From NCBI GenBank assembly GCA_040289575.1, contig PSLL01000018.1, positions 9,553 through 20,104 of the forward strand: a stretch of DNA of 10,552 bases, read 5' to 3'. The position numbers were made by a program, and so were the translations under genes. Of the stretch, positions 1-7,946 are shown one piece after another. Positions within the stretch are counted from its first letter, which is position 1, and the number at the start of each line of letters is the position of its first letter. Under the pieces are notes generated by a model, which did no database searches, was not told the origin of the DNA, and saw only the letters and a list, made by a program, of their open reading frames with translations. Source of the DNA: Candidatus Dadabacteria bacterium (GTDB lineage: Bacteria > Desulfobacterota_D > UBA1144 > Nemesobacterales > CSP1-2).

Positions 1-1
1 G

Positions 2-1993
2 GGCGTAGATATTGAGAAGGATTTTAAGCCCCATTATGTTGTTATAAAGGATAAGAAGAAATTCCTCGACCAGCTTGAGCGGGCTGTAAAGGGAGCCGAC
101 AAGGTATATCTTGCTTCCGACCCCGATAGGGAAGGCGAGGCAATAGCCTGGCACATAGTAGATAGACTAAAGATAAAGAATAAGTCCTATAGGGTTCTTA
201 TACATGAAATTACTGAGAGGGCGGTGCTCGAAGCTATAAGAAATCCAATGAGTCTCAGCCGCGATAAGTTTGAAGCCCAGCAGGCAAGGCGTATTCTAGA
301 CCGTCTTGTTGGGTATCAGGTAAGCCCAATCCTTTGGAAGAAGGTAAGGCGCGGCCTTAGCGCCGGAAGGGTGCAGAGTGTAGCCCTCAGGCTTGTTGTT
401 GAAAGGGAAAGGGAGATAGAGAATTTTAAGCCAGATGAGTACTGGACAGTTGAGGCGGAGCTAAAACAACTCCCGGATGATGCCGTTTCATTTGTTGCCT
501 TTCTCTCTAAATACAATGGCGAAAGGGTTGAAATAAAGAATGAGGAGAAAGCAAGGGCAATTGTTGAGGCTCTAAGAGATGAGAGATACAGGGTCGTCTC
601 TGTTGAAAAGAAGGAGAGGATAAGAAATGCACCCCCTCCGTTTATTACAAGCACATTACAGCAGGAAGCGTCGAGGAAGCTCAAATTCCCCGTGAAAAAG
701 ACTATGTCTGTTGCTCAAAAGCTCTATGAGGGAGTAGAGTTAGGAGATGAGGGGCCTGTGGGTCTTATTACATATATGAGAACGGATTCAGTAAGGATCT
801 CAGACCATGCACTTGATGAGGCGAGGGCATACATATTGGATACCTATAGTTCTGAGTTTCTACCCGAGAGTCCCAATGTATACAAAATCAAAAAATCCGC
901 TCAAGATGCACATGAGGCAATAAGGCCTACGGCAATTATTAGGACCCCGGAGTCGGTAAAGCCATACTTAGCCGAAGACGAGTTTGAGCTCTATAGGCTC
1001 ATCTGGCAGAGATTTATCTCGTCTCAGATGAACCCTGCCCTCTACGATCAGACGACAGTTGATATTGAAGCCGGGAGAGGAATATTTCGTGCTACCGGCT
1101 CTGTGATTAAGTTCCCAGGATTCACCGTAGTCTATATGGAGGGAAAAGAAGAAGAGGAAGAGGCAAAGGACAAAGATGAGGAGAAAAAACTCCCAGACTT
1201 GTCCGAAGGGGAGGAATTAAAACTCATTGCCCTTGAAGGAAAGCAACATTTTACACAGCCGCCTCCGAGATTTACAGAGAGTGCACTGGTAAAGGAGTTG
1301 GAAGAAAGAGGCATAGGACGCCCCTCTACGTACTCAACAATTCTTTCCACAATTCAGGAAAGAGAATATGTATTTAAGGAAAAGAACAGATTAAAACCTA
1401 CGATTCTCGGTTGTGCAGTGACTGATCTTCTTGTAGAGGGTTTTCCTGAGGTAATGGATGTTCAGTTCACAGCAGCAATGGAAGAAAAATTGGATAAAGT
1501 AGAAGAGGGAAATGTAAACTGGGTGGAGCTTCTCAGAGGGTTCTATAAGGGATTTGGCAAAAGGCTCAAGCAGGCTGAGGTTTCAATGAAGAGTCTGAGG
1601 CATGAGGGGGTACCCACAGAGATAGATTGCGATCAGTGTGGCGCTCAAATGATTATAAAATGGGGAAAAAGAGGGGAATTCCTCTCATGTTCAAGGTATC
1701 CTGATTGTAAGAATGCAAAGCAATTTGAGTACGGCAATGACGGTGAGATAAGAATTAAAGAGAAAAAAGAACCGGAGATAAGACACGATATACTCTGTGA
1801 CCTATGCGGAAAGCCTATGGTGGTAAGGACAAGCAGGTTTGGAAGATTCCTCGGATGCAGCGGTTATCCCGAATGTAAAAACATAAAGCGCCTTCAAAAT
1901 GAAGCTAGCGGTGGTGGGGAGGACAAAGAAGAAAAGCAAAAGCCAAAAAGAAAGTTCTTTAAGAAATCGGCAAAAAGAGGAGCAAACGCGTAG
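2..1993 (+). CDS. topA: DNA topoisomerase I (type IA), 5'-truncated by the window edge
   Basis: The frame is open from position 2 (GVDIEKDFKPHY...YLASDPDREGEAIAWH, the TOPRIM motif), so the listed 224 start is internal. Motifs: SAGRVQS, catalytic Tyr in LITYMRTDS, AQDAHEAIRP, GIGRPSTY. Two C-terminal Cys4 zinc ribbons (CDQC...CSRYPDC, CDLC...CSGYPEC). Stop TAG 1991-1993. Confidence 0.98.
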   Translation, partial: GVDIEKDFKPHYVVIKDKKKFLDQLERAVKGADKVYLASDPDREGEAIAWHIVDRLKIKNKSYRVLIHEITERAVLEAIRNPMSLSRDKFEAQQARRILDRLVGYQVSPILWKKVRRGLSAGRVQSVALRLVVEREREIENFKPDEYWTVEAELKQLPDDAVSFVAFLSKYNGERVEIKNEEKARAIVEALRDERYRVVSVEKKERIRNAPPPFITSTLQQEASRKLKFPVKKTMSVAQKLYEGVELGDEGPVGLITYMRTDSVRISDHALDEARAYILDTYSSEFLPESPNVYKIKKSAQDAHEAIRPTAIIRTPESVKPYLAEDEFELYRLIWQRFISSQMNPALYDQTTVDIEAGRGIFRATGSVIKFPGFTVVYMEGKEEEEEAKDKDEEKKLPDLSEGEELKLIALEGKQHFTQPPPRFTESALVKELEERGIGRPSTYSTILSTIQEREYVFKEKNRLKPTILGCAVTDLLVEGFPEVMDVQFTAAMEEKLDKVEEGNVNWVELLRGFYKGFGKRLKQAEVSMKSLRHEGVPTEIDCDQCGAQMIIKWGKRGEFLSCSRYPDCKNAKQFEYGNDGEIRIKEKKEPEIRHDILCDLCGKPMVVRTSRFGRFLGCSGYPECKNIKRLQNEASGGGEDKEEKQKPKRKFFKKSAKRGANA

Positions 1994-2102
1994 TTTCAGC
2001 CATGTTTCCAAATAATGGTGACCGAGCCAAAATGTAATAACAGTCGGGTATATTGAGCAGTTCAATACAGCCTTGTCTTGGTTAATACTCAAAAAATAAT
2101 CA

Positions 2103-2134
2103 TATAGTGTATTTCAAATAAAATACACTATAAT
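2103..2134. promoter_or_regulatory. Perfect 12-bp inverted repeat (operator-like) overlapping a TATAAT -10 box upstream of the SnoaL-like gene
   Basis: TATAGTGTATTT (2103-2114), 6-nt spacer CAAATA, AAATACACTATA (2121-2132). TATAAT at 2129-2134. Confidence 0.55.
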
Positions 2135-2220
2135 TTGAATCCTCTCTTTATAGTTTTACATCTAAAAGGATTAAAATGCGATAAGGTGGATCGGATAAAA
2201 ATTAAATAAGGAGAACAATC

Positions 2221-2571
2221 ATGGACTTAAGGGAATTGATTAATGGCTTAAACTCTATGATTCTTAAAGGGCAGATAAAGGAGGCATTTGAAAAATATTA
2301 TGCCGATGACGTGGTCATGCAGGAAAACGAGCAGCCGCCCACTGTAGGAAAAGATGCAAACAGAGAAAGAGAAAGGCAATTTCTTGCCAATATCACTGAG
2401 TTTAGGGGCGCCGAGGTTAAGTCTGTTGCCGTAGGGGATGGTGTTACAATGGTAGAATGGTTTTTTGATTACACACATAAGGAGTGGGGAAAGGTAACAC
2501 ATCATCAGGTTGCGGTACAACATTGGAAAAACGGTAAGATTGTTCACGAAAGGTTTTATTACGGTAGTTAA
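2221..2571 (+). CDS. SnoaL-like / NTF2-fold domain protein
   Basis: 116 aa with typical SnoaL-family features: AFEKYYADDVVMQEN..PTVGKDANRERE and a C-terminal AVQHWKNGKIVHERFYY. Strong SD AAGGAG 7 nt before the ATG. Confidence 0.9.
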   Translation: MDLRELINGLNSMILKGQIKEAFEKYYADDVVMQENEQPPTVGKDANRERERQFLANITEFRGAEVKSVAVGDGVTMVEWFFDYTHKEWGKVTHHQVAVQHWKNGKIVHERFYYGS

Positions 2572-2582
2572 ATGGAATCAGT

Positions 2583-2640
2583 CGGGTGGCTTCAACCCCC
2601 GGGCTGACGTAATTAGGAGGGGGGGTTGAAACGGTAGGGG
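2583..2640. repeat. GC-rich inverted repeat, possibly a degenerate REP/REPIN-like element
   Basis: TTCAACCCCC (2591-2600) and GGGGGTTGAA (2621-2630) form a perfect 10-bp inverted repeat with a 20-nt spacer. An alternative local hairpin is CGGG(T)GG-cttcaa-CCCCCG. GTAGGGG follows at 2634. There is no U-tract on either strand. Confidence 0.45.
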
Positions 2641-2642
2641 GC

Positions 2643-2671
2643 TTTAGAAAACAATGCGATTCTAGTAAAAT
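2643..2671 (+). promoter_or_regulatory. Possible sigma70-type promoter giving a leaderless or near-leaderless recG mRNA
   Basis: TAAAAT at 2666-2671 lies 6 nt before the TTG (2678) and 9 nt before the ATG (2681). Weak -35 TTTAGA at 2643-2648 with a 17-nt spacer. No SD before recG. Confidence 0.3.
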
Positions 2672-2680
2672 CATTATTTG

Positions 2681-5164
2681 ATGAAAGAGGGGTTACTAAG
2701 TATACTAGAGTCGCTGGAGAGACCTCTTAGGTTTGCATCCAGAAACGGATTTCTAAATATACATAAGGTCAAAGATATTGAGTATCTGGCAGATAGCTTG
2801 ACCCTAAAGGCACTCTCACTCGATTTATCTCCACATCAACTCGCCGCAATTAAATCCATAAGGGAGTCTTTTGCCGGATATGATAGGTTGTCTTTCAATG
2901 ATAAAAAAAGTCTAATTGAGAATTCCCTAAATGTTATAGCCAATTTAAAAGACGAGAAGTTTACTTCTCGGCTGATTGTCCATTCCACGGATCACGTATC
3001 TCGGGCGGGGGCTTCTGATAAAAAGGAGCTTTCCCAAATCTCAATTCAGTATGTGAAGGGGGTCGGCCCCAAGGTCGCCAGTGCCTTGGCCAAGAGGGGG
3101 ATAAAAAGCGTGGAGGATGCACTCTACTATTTTCCGAGAAGATACGAGGATAGAAGGCATATAAAGAAAATATCGGAGCTTGAACCCTATACCCATGATA
3201 CGGTTATGGGAAAGGTGATCCTCATCGGAAAAATACGGACAAAAACGAGGGAGATCTTTCAGGTTGTCTTATCCGACGGAACGGGCACAATCACGCTTGT
3301 GTGGTTTCAATTCAATGAATCCTATCTAAGGGCTATCTATAAGAAGGAATCAACTGTAATTCTAAGTGGTCAAATAACTATGGACAAATACAGCGATTCC
3401 CCTCAGATAATTCATCCAAAGCCGGAAGACGTTGAGATAATGGATAGTGAGGAGGGACTTGATAAGGACTTCCTCAACTTTAATCGAATTGTCCCGATAT
3501 ATCCACTGACTGAAGGGATAAGACAGAGGCGGATTAGAGGTGTAATCAAAAGGGTCCTGGATGATTATTGTAATTGTGTGGTAGATAGCATTCCGCAAGA
3601 GATAAAGCAAAGAAGGAATATAATAGCCTTAAATGAGGCACTGTCGCGGGTTCATTTTCCCATAGATTCCGACAGGGTAGTTGACCTTTTTGACAAGAAC
3701 TCGGTTTATGAATCCGTTCCTCATAGAACCCTTTCATTTTACGAGTTCTTTTTAATGGAGCTTGGGCTTGCCCTAAAAAAACGCGATATTTCCAAGATGC
3801 CCGGAATCGCTTTTCATCCTACCGGGGAGTTGACAAAAAGCCTTCTGAGCGTCATTCCGTTCAGTTTAACCTCGGCTCAGAAGCGCGTTATTTCCGAGAT
3901 AGAGGGTGATATGAGATTGGAGCATCCGATGAATAGGCTTCTTCAAGGCGATGTTGGAAGCGGAAAAACAATCGTTGCTTTGATCTCTATGCTAAAGGCG
4001 GTTGAGAGCGGATACCAGGCGGCGATTATGGCTCCTACAGAGATACTCGCCGAACAGCATCTAAGATCAATTCTACGGTACACAACATATCTCGGACTGA
4101 GGGTTGTGCTCTTAAAGAGCGGTTTAACCAAGAAGGAGAGAGACACCTGTTATGAGTCTATAAGATCAGGGGAGGCGCAGATCATTGTAGGCACCCATTC
4201 TATAATTGATGAGAGGGTGGAGTTTAAAAACCTTGGGTTTATTGTGATAGATGAGCAACACAGGTTCGGTGTCATGCAGAGAGCGGAGCTAAAAAATAAG
4301 GGCAAAAATCCGGATGTACTCCTTATGACCGCGACTCCTATTCCCAGAACCCTTGCAATGACGGTCTACGGTGACCTCGACGTTTCCATATTGGATGAGA
4401 TGCCCCCTGGAAGAAGGCCTGTAAAAACGCTTGTCTTTTATGAAGAAAAAGGTGCACGCAAAAGGGCTTATGATATTGTTCGGGAGGAGATTAAAAAGGG
4501 GAGGCAGGCTTATGTTGTTTATCCCCTCATAGAGGAATCTATGAGCCCCGATTTCAAGGATTTGAAATACGCAACTCAGATGGCAGATGAGCTTCAAAAA
4601 GAAATCTTCCCTGAATTCCAAGTAGGACTTCTCCATGGGAGGATGAAGACAGAAGAAAAAGACGAAGTGATGAGGAGATTTATCTCTCGGGACATAGATA
4701 TACTCGTCTCAACCACCGTTATAGAAGTCGGGGTGGATGTGCCGAATGCAACCGTAATGGTTGTAGAGAATGCCGAGAGATTCGGGCTCTCTCAGATTCA
4801 TCAACTAAGAGGGAGGATTGGAAGAGGAGAGCATGAATCAATATGTATTCTCATGTCGGGCTTTAATAGAACAGAGGATGCCCAGAGGCGTCTTTCGGTC
4901 TTGGAGAAAACATCGGATGGATTTAGGATAGCCGAAGCCGATCTTATGATTCGCGGTCCGGGGGATTTTCTTGGAACTAAGCAGTCTGGATTGCCGGAGT
5001 TTAGGTTTGCAAACCTAGTTCGAGATGCAAGGATTCTCGCCGAGGCCAGAGAGGAGGCCTTCAGGATTGTAAAAGAGGATCATGCACTTTCAAATCACTC
5101 GGGTCTATTTGATGAGGTTTTAAAACGATGGGGGGAGAGGCTTGAGCTTGCTGGTGTTTCGTAG
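2681..5164 (+). CDS. recG: ATP-dependent DNA helicase RecG with an N-terminal helical extension
   Basis: KGVGPK...YFPRRYEDR wedge/OB domain, QGDVGSGKT (Walker A), [15 protein letters not shown] box, [18 protein letters not shown], and the TRG motif [25 protein letters not shown]. Start is ATG 2681 or the adjacent TTG 2678. Confidence 0.98.
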   Translation: MKEGLLSILESLERPLRFASRNGFLNIHKVKDIEYLADSLTLKALSLDLSPHQLAAIKSIRESFAGYDRLSFNDKKSLIENSLNVIANLKDEKFTSRLIVHSTDHVSRAGASDKKELSQISIQYVKGVGPKVASALAKRGIKSVEDALYYFPRRYEDRRHIKKISELEPYTHDTVMGKVILIGKIRTKTREIFQVVLSDGTGTITLVWFQFNESYLRAIYKKESTVILSGQITMDKYSDSPQIIHPKPEDVEIMDSEEGLDKDFLNFNRIVPIYPLTEGIRQRRIRGVIKRVLDDYCNCVVDSIPQEIKQRRNIIALNEALSRVHFPIDSDRVVDLFDKNSVYESVPHRTLSFYEFFLMELGLALKKRDISKMPGIAFHPTGELTKSLLSVIPFSLTSAQKRVISEIEGDMRLEHPMNRLLQGDVGSGKTIVALISMLKAVESGYQAAIMAPTEILAEQHLRSILRYTTYLGLRVVLLKSGLTKKERDTCYESIRSGEAQIIVGTHSIIDERVEFKNLGFIVIDEQHRFGVMQRAELKNKGKNPDVLLMTATPIPRTLAMTVYGDLDVSILDEMPPGRRPVKTLVFYEEKGARKRAYDIVREEIKKGRQAYVVYPLIEESMSPDFKDLKYATQMADELQKEIFPEFQVGLLHGRMKTEEKDEVMRRFISRDIDILVSTTVIEVGVDVPNATVMVVENAERFGLSQIHQLRGRIGRGEHESICILMSGFNRTEDAQRRLSVLEKTSDGFRIAEADLMIRGPGDFLGTKQSGLPEFRFANLVRDARILAEAREEAFRIVKEDHALSNHSGLFDEVLKRWGERLELAGVS

Positions 5165-5185
5165 GTCTTGCGCGACTGTCTGGGA

Positions 5186-5212
5186 GTAGGGGCGACCTGG
5201 TGAGTCGCCCTA
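5186..5212 (+). repeat. GTAG-type REP-like palindrome
   Basis: GTAGGGGCGACCTGGTGAGTCGCCCTA: a GTAG tetranucleotide followed by the stem GGGCGAC (5190-5196) / GTCGCCC (5204-5210) with a 7-nt loop, just downstream of the recG stop. Confidence 0.6.
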
Positions 5213-5218
5213 AAAACA

Positions 5219-5247
5219 TTGACAACATAGGTGCCAATTATTACATT
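5219..5247 (+). promoter_or_regulatory. sigma70-type promoter of htpX
   Basis: Perfect -35 TTGACA (5219-5224), 17-nt spacer, -10 TACATT (5242-5247), about 40 nt upstream of the ATG at 5287. Confidence 0.65.
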
Positions 5248-5286
5248 ATTATTGTTTACTTTGGTTTAAACAGGGGAGATAAAATC

Positions 5287-6144
5287 ATGTCGAGTACTTT
5301 AAAGACTGCGTTTTTATTAGGTGTTTTAACCTTACTATTTGTCTATATAGGAAAGCTGATTGGCGGAACGTCTGGTATGACTATTGCCCTGGGTATAGCG
5401 ATTATTATGAACTTTGTGTCATACTGGTTCTCAGATAAGATTGTGCTTGCAATGTATGGCGCAAGAGAGGTTACACAAGAGGAGGCCCCGCAGCTTTATA
5501 ATATGGTAAGGAACGTAGCCACCCAAGCGGGAACGCCTATGCCTAGGGTCTACATCATTCCGACCCCGGCGCCAAATGCATTTGCCACCGGAAGAGACCC
5601 TGAACACGCCGCCGTTGCAGTAACAGAGGGTATACTCAGACTCCTTGAACCTCACGAGCTTGAGGGTGTATTAGCACATGAAATCAGTCACGTTAAAAAT
5701 AGAGACGTTCTTATAAGCACAATAGCAGCGGTGCTTGCGGGCGCAATAGGTTATTTGGCCCAAATAGCCCAATGGGGGATTATCTTTGGGGGGTATGGAA
5801 GGAGCAGCGATAGTGAGGGACGGGGAAATGCTATAGGTGCTCTTGCTATGGCAATTGTGGCTCCGATAATTGCCCTTCTTATTCAGCTTGCAATATCGCG
5901 GGCGAGGGAGTATAAAGCCGACGAATCGGGTGCTCGTTTAACAAAAAAACCGCTCGACCTTGCAAGCGCCCTTCAGAAGATAAGCTACGGCTCTCAGAGA
6001 ATCCCGCTTGATGTGAACCCGGGAACGGCGCATCTCTTTATAATGAATCCTCTACGCGGCGGCATAGGCGCGCTCTTTAGCACACACCCACCGGTTGAAG
6101 AGAGAATAGAGAGACTCGAAAGGCTTTCAAGAGAGATTGCCTGA
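5287..6144 (+). CDS. htpX: Zinc metalloprotease HtpX (peptidase M48)
   Basis: N-terminal TM segments, [13 protein letters not shown] (HEXXH), [21 protein letters not shown]. Start reassigned from GTG 5200 to ATG 5287 (MSSTLKT...) because the SD GGGGAG precedes it and the promoter lies inside the listed extension. 285 aa. Confidence 0.96.
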   Translation: MSSTLKTAFLLGVLTLLFVYIGKLIGGTSGMTIALGIAIIMNFVSYWFSDKIVLAMYGAREVTQEEAPQLYNMVRNVATQAGTPMPRVYIIPTPAPNAFATGRDPEHAAVAVTEGILRLLEPHELEGVLAHEISHVKNRDVLISTIAAVLAGAIGYLAQIAQWGIIFGGYGRSSDSEGRGNAIGALAMAIVAPIIALLIQLAISRAREYKADESGARLTKKPLDLASALQKISYGSQRIPLDVNPGTAHLFIMNPLRGGIGALFSTHPPVEERIERLERLSREIA

Positions 6145-6387
6145 TTTTGAGAAGCCTTTTAGTTGGGGACTATGATTTTACAGAAAAAGTAAAGATTGGC
6201 CAACCAGGCTCTGGTGAAGAGCTTATATGTATTAGCTACGTTTCTCCGCGTACGGAGATGGTCAGATGTTTTTCCATTCTTATGGATGTCATCTCGTGTG
6301 GAGAACCCCCTGAGAAGAGCACAGGGCTTAGTTAGATACAGCCTCCGTGCAGACCTGTTTCATAAACACTTCTGAGCATTTTCTGTC

Positions 6388-6530
6388 TGGGGAAGAGACT
6401 TGATAAATACCTTTGTGTCAGCCGAGCCACATGCCACTGCTGTGAGGCGATTCCAAAAGTGGGTGGAACAAGGCTGCTTTTGTAGAGTGGAATAGTACCG
6501 ACGGATTCATCAAGTGGGATGAAGTCATGC
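6388..6530 (+). mobile_element. Decayed IS5-family transposase remnant (N-terminal DUF4096-like region), multiply frameshifted
   Basis: Manual translation gives LDKYLCVSRATCH (6399-6437), then after a 7-nt offset RRFQKWVEQGCF (6445-6480), then IKWDE (from 6509) in a third frame. This resembles the IS5 pattern 'S.sTchRRFqeWve.GvF...idW.e'. No intact ORF or terminal repeats recognised. Confidence 0.5.
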
Positions 6531-6608
6531 AGCGTTTGCAGACCCTCACCTTCTACTACAGGTTTGCTGGTGGGTAAAAGTGCGTCTTGAAATTTTGAAA
6601 CCGCTTTG

Positions 6609-6962
6609 CTAGAAACTAATTACCTTTTGGCATTCTCTTATGGATTTAGCTAAATCAACCATGCTTGCCCACTCTATGCCTTCAACCACCATATCTTCTG
6701 TAATTCCCCTTGTCTGAGCGCACTGTGTACAGAGCCTTATCCTTACGCCTATTCCCATAAGCTCTTTGATCTTGCCTCCCGTATTCTGTCCCGATATCTC
6801 CTCAGGCGGTGTTTGGCCCTTGTGTGCGCAGAAGACGCCGTCGTTTAAAAGAAAAACCTCTACATTCATATCGGCACCTATAAGGGCGCCGGAGAGTCTA
6901 AACCCATTCCAAGCCCTCATACTGCTGGGAGCTTCATTTATTATAACTACGGCCTTTTCCAT
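6609..6962 (-). CDS. DsrE/DsrF-like (YchN-like) family protein, putative sulfur-transfer/redox protein
   Basis: 117 aa with the family pattern IINEAP...AWNGFRL...VEVFLLNDGV...CTQCAQTRG...SMVDLAKSIRECQKVISF. SD GAGGAGG about 10 nt upstream on the minus strand. Confidence 0.9.
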   Translation of the reverse strand: MEKAVVIINEAPSSMRAWNGFRLSGALIGADMNVEVFLLNDGVFCAHKGQTPPEEISGQNTGGKIKELMGIGVRIRLCTQCAQTRGITEDMVVEGIEWASMVDLAKSIRECQKVISF

Positions 6963-6985
6963 TATTTGATTGCCTCCTCATTATT

Positions 6986-7028
6986 AAAAAGAGGGTCCTG
7001 ATGTCGGTCCTAGTCAGTAAACCCCTTT
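6986..7028 (-). terminator. Imperfect hairpin with U-tract between the delta-60 gene and the DsrE-like gene (weak terminator or attenuator)
   Basis: Minus strand: AAAGGGGT-tta-CTGA-ctaggaccgaca-TCAG-g-ACCCTCTTTTT, just after the repaired stop at 7035 and before the DsrE SD. The stem is bulged. Confidence 0.25.
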
Positions 7029-7034
7029 GTCTTA

Positions 7035-7843
7035 CTACTGACAGTTTACCGTAAATCTTGCTATTGCGTTGCTCCCCTGGATTTTTACCGCCTGTTTGGG
7101 GGATATAAAAGTGCAACTGCTCTTGTGTGGTGTTACTGTATATGTTCCATCGGCTAGGGTCGGGAACCTATATTTTCCGGATGTGTCTGTTGCTGTGCTA
7201 CTCTTAAACCACCGGGGCCCTTGAGTGTCAACGTGACTCCGTGGACCGGCTTCCCTTGTTTATTGTCTACACTTCCCTTTATACTCAATGATCCGGTTCC
7301 AGTGCAATCTCTTCCTCCGGCAGCCAGATAGCGCGCCAAGGCAAAGTTATCATTGCCCTTAGCGGAATGTCCTGCCGCCACAATCTTACCGTCTGTCTGT
7401 ATAGCAACGGCATGAGCCAAATCAAAGCTGCCGCTACCCCTGAAGTCTGTAAGTAACTTACCATTGGCACTAAATGTGTCATCCCGAGTCCCGTCCGTGT
7501 TGTAACGAGCCAGAGCAAAGTCAAATCTACCCCTAGCGGAGGAGCTTCCAGCTGCTACAATCTTACCGTCTGCCTGGATGGCAATGGCGGAGATCTCTTC
7601 ATCGCTATTGCCCGCAAAGTGGGCAAGCACCTTGCCGTTTCCCCCAAAACTTGGGTCAAGATCGCCCGGATCGGCTTGCGCAATGCGCGTGAGGGTAAAA
7701 CTGGGGATAAAAATCAAAGCGGATATTAATCCTATCAGTAATCTTGGCGTGAGCACAGAGTCAGATTCTAAAGATACGGATTCCATTACAGTAGCTATTC
7801 GGAAATAGCCTCTCCTTTTCATCCTACCTATCCCTTTAGACAT
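7035..7843 (-). pseudogene. Frameshifted secreted protein: signal peptide, two delta-60 (DUF5122-like) repeats and a C-terminal carboxypeptidase-regulatory/Cna-B-like domain
   Basis: A hydrophobic segment ends in AQA|D, followed by two repeats (GDLDPSFG.NGKV...AIAIQADGKIVAAG...FALARY). SIKGSVDNKQGKPVHGVTLTLKGPGG continues after a 1-nt shift at ~7206-7208 as KSSTATDTSGKYRFPTLADGTYTVTPHKSSCTFISPKQAVKIQGSNAIARFTVNCQ* (7205-7035). Start uncertain (7843, 7822 or later). Confidence 0.8.
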
Positions 7844-7905
7844 GTGATTTCTCTAAGGAAGAATAGGCGCATTTTTCAGATATGTCGTTATGAACAAAAC
7901 CACCC

Positions 7906-7946
7906 TAATTCATTGTCGCAAAAGAATAATTCATTATCAAGCAAAA
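7906..7946. promoter_or_regulatory. Direct repeat with 21-bp period (putative regulator binding site) in a divergent intergenic region
   Basis: TAATTCATTGTC-GCAAAA starts at 7906 and TAATTCATTATC-AA-GCAAAA starts at 7927. They share an identical 9-mer, TAATTCATT, separated by 12 nt. Confidence 0.35.

Noticed and set aside
224..226. Listed GTG start of topA
   Set aside because: The frame is open to the window edge and includes the TOPRIM motif upstream, so the true start lies outside the window.
2051..2067. TATTGA-N5-TCAATA as an FNR/CRP box
   Set aside because: One nucleotide too short for TTGAT-N4-ATCAA, and a 6-bp AT-rich arm is expected by chance.
1994..2100. Possible trmFO/xerC remnant downstream of topA (reads NVITVGYIEQFNTAL)
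   Set aside because: The similarity is too short and vague, with no start or SD support.
5219..5237. TTGACA-N7-TGCCAA imperfect palindrome as a CIRCE/HrcA or HAIR heat-shock operator of htpX
   Set aside because: Spacing and sequence match neither TTAGCACTC-N9-GAGTGCTAA nor CTTGAGT-N7-ACTCAAG.
5200..5286. 29-aa N-terminal extension of HtpX in the ORF track
   Set aside because: It overlaps the REP-like hairpin and the promoter, and the SD supports ATG 5287.
6147..6335. 62-aa ORF after htpX
   Set aside because: TTG start, no convincing SD and no recognisable motif; probably spurious or decayed sequence.
6934..7116. 60-aa minus-strand ORF
   Set aside because: An off-frame shadow of the frameshifted C-terminal domain that also overlaps the DsrE start.
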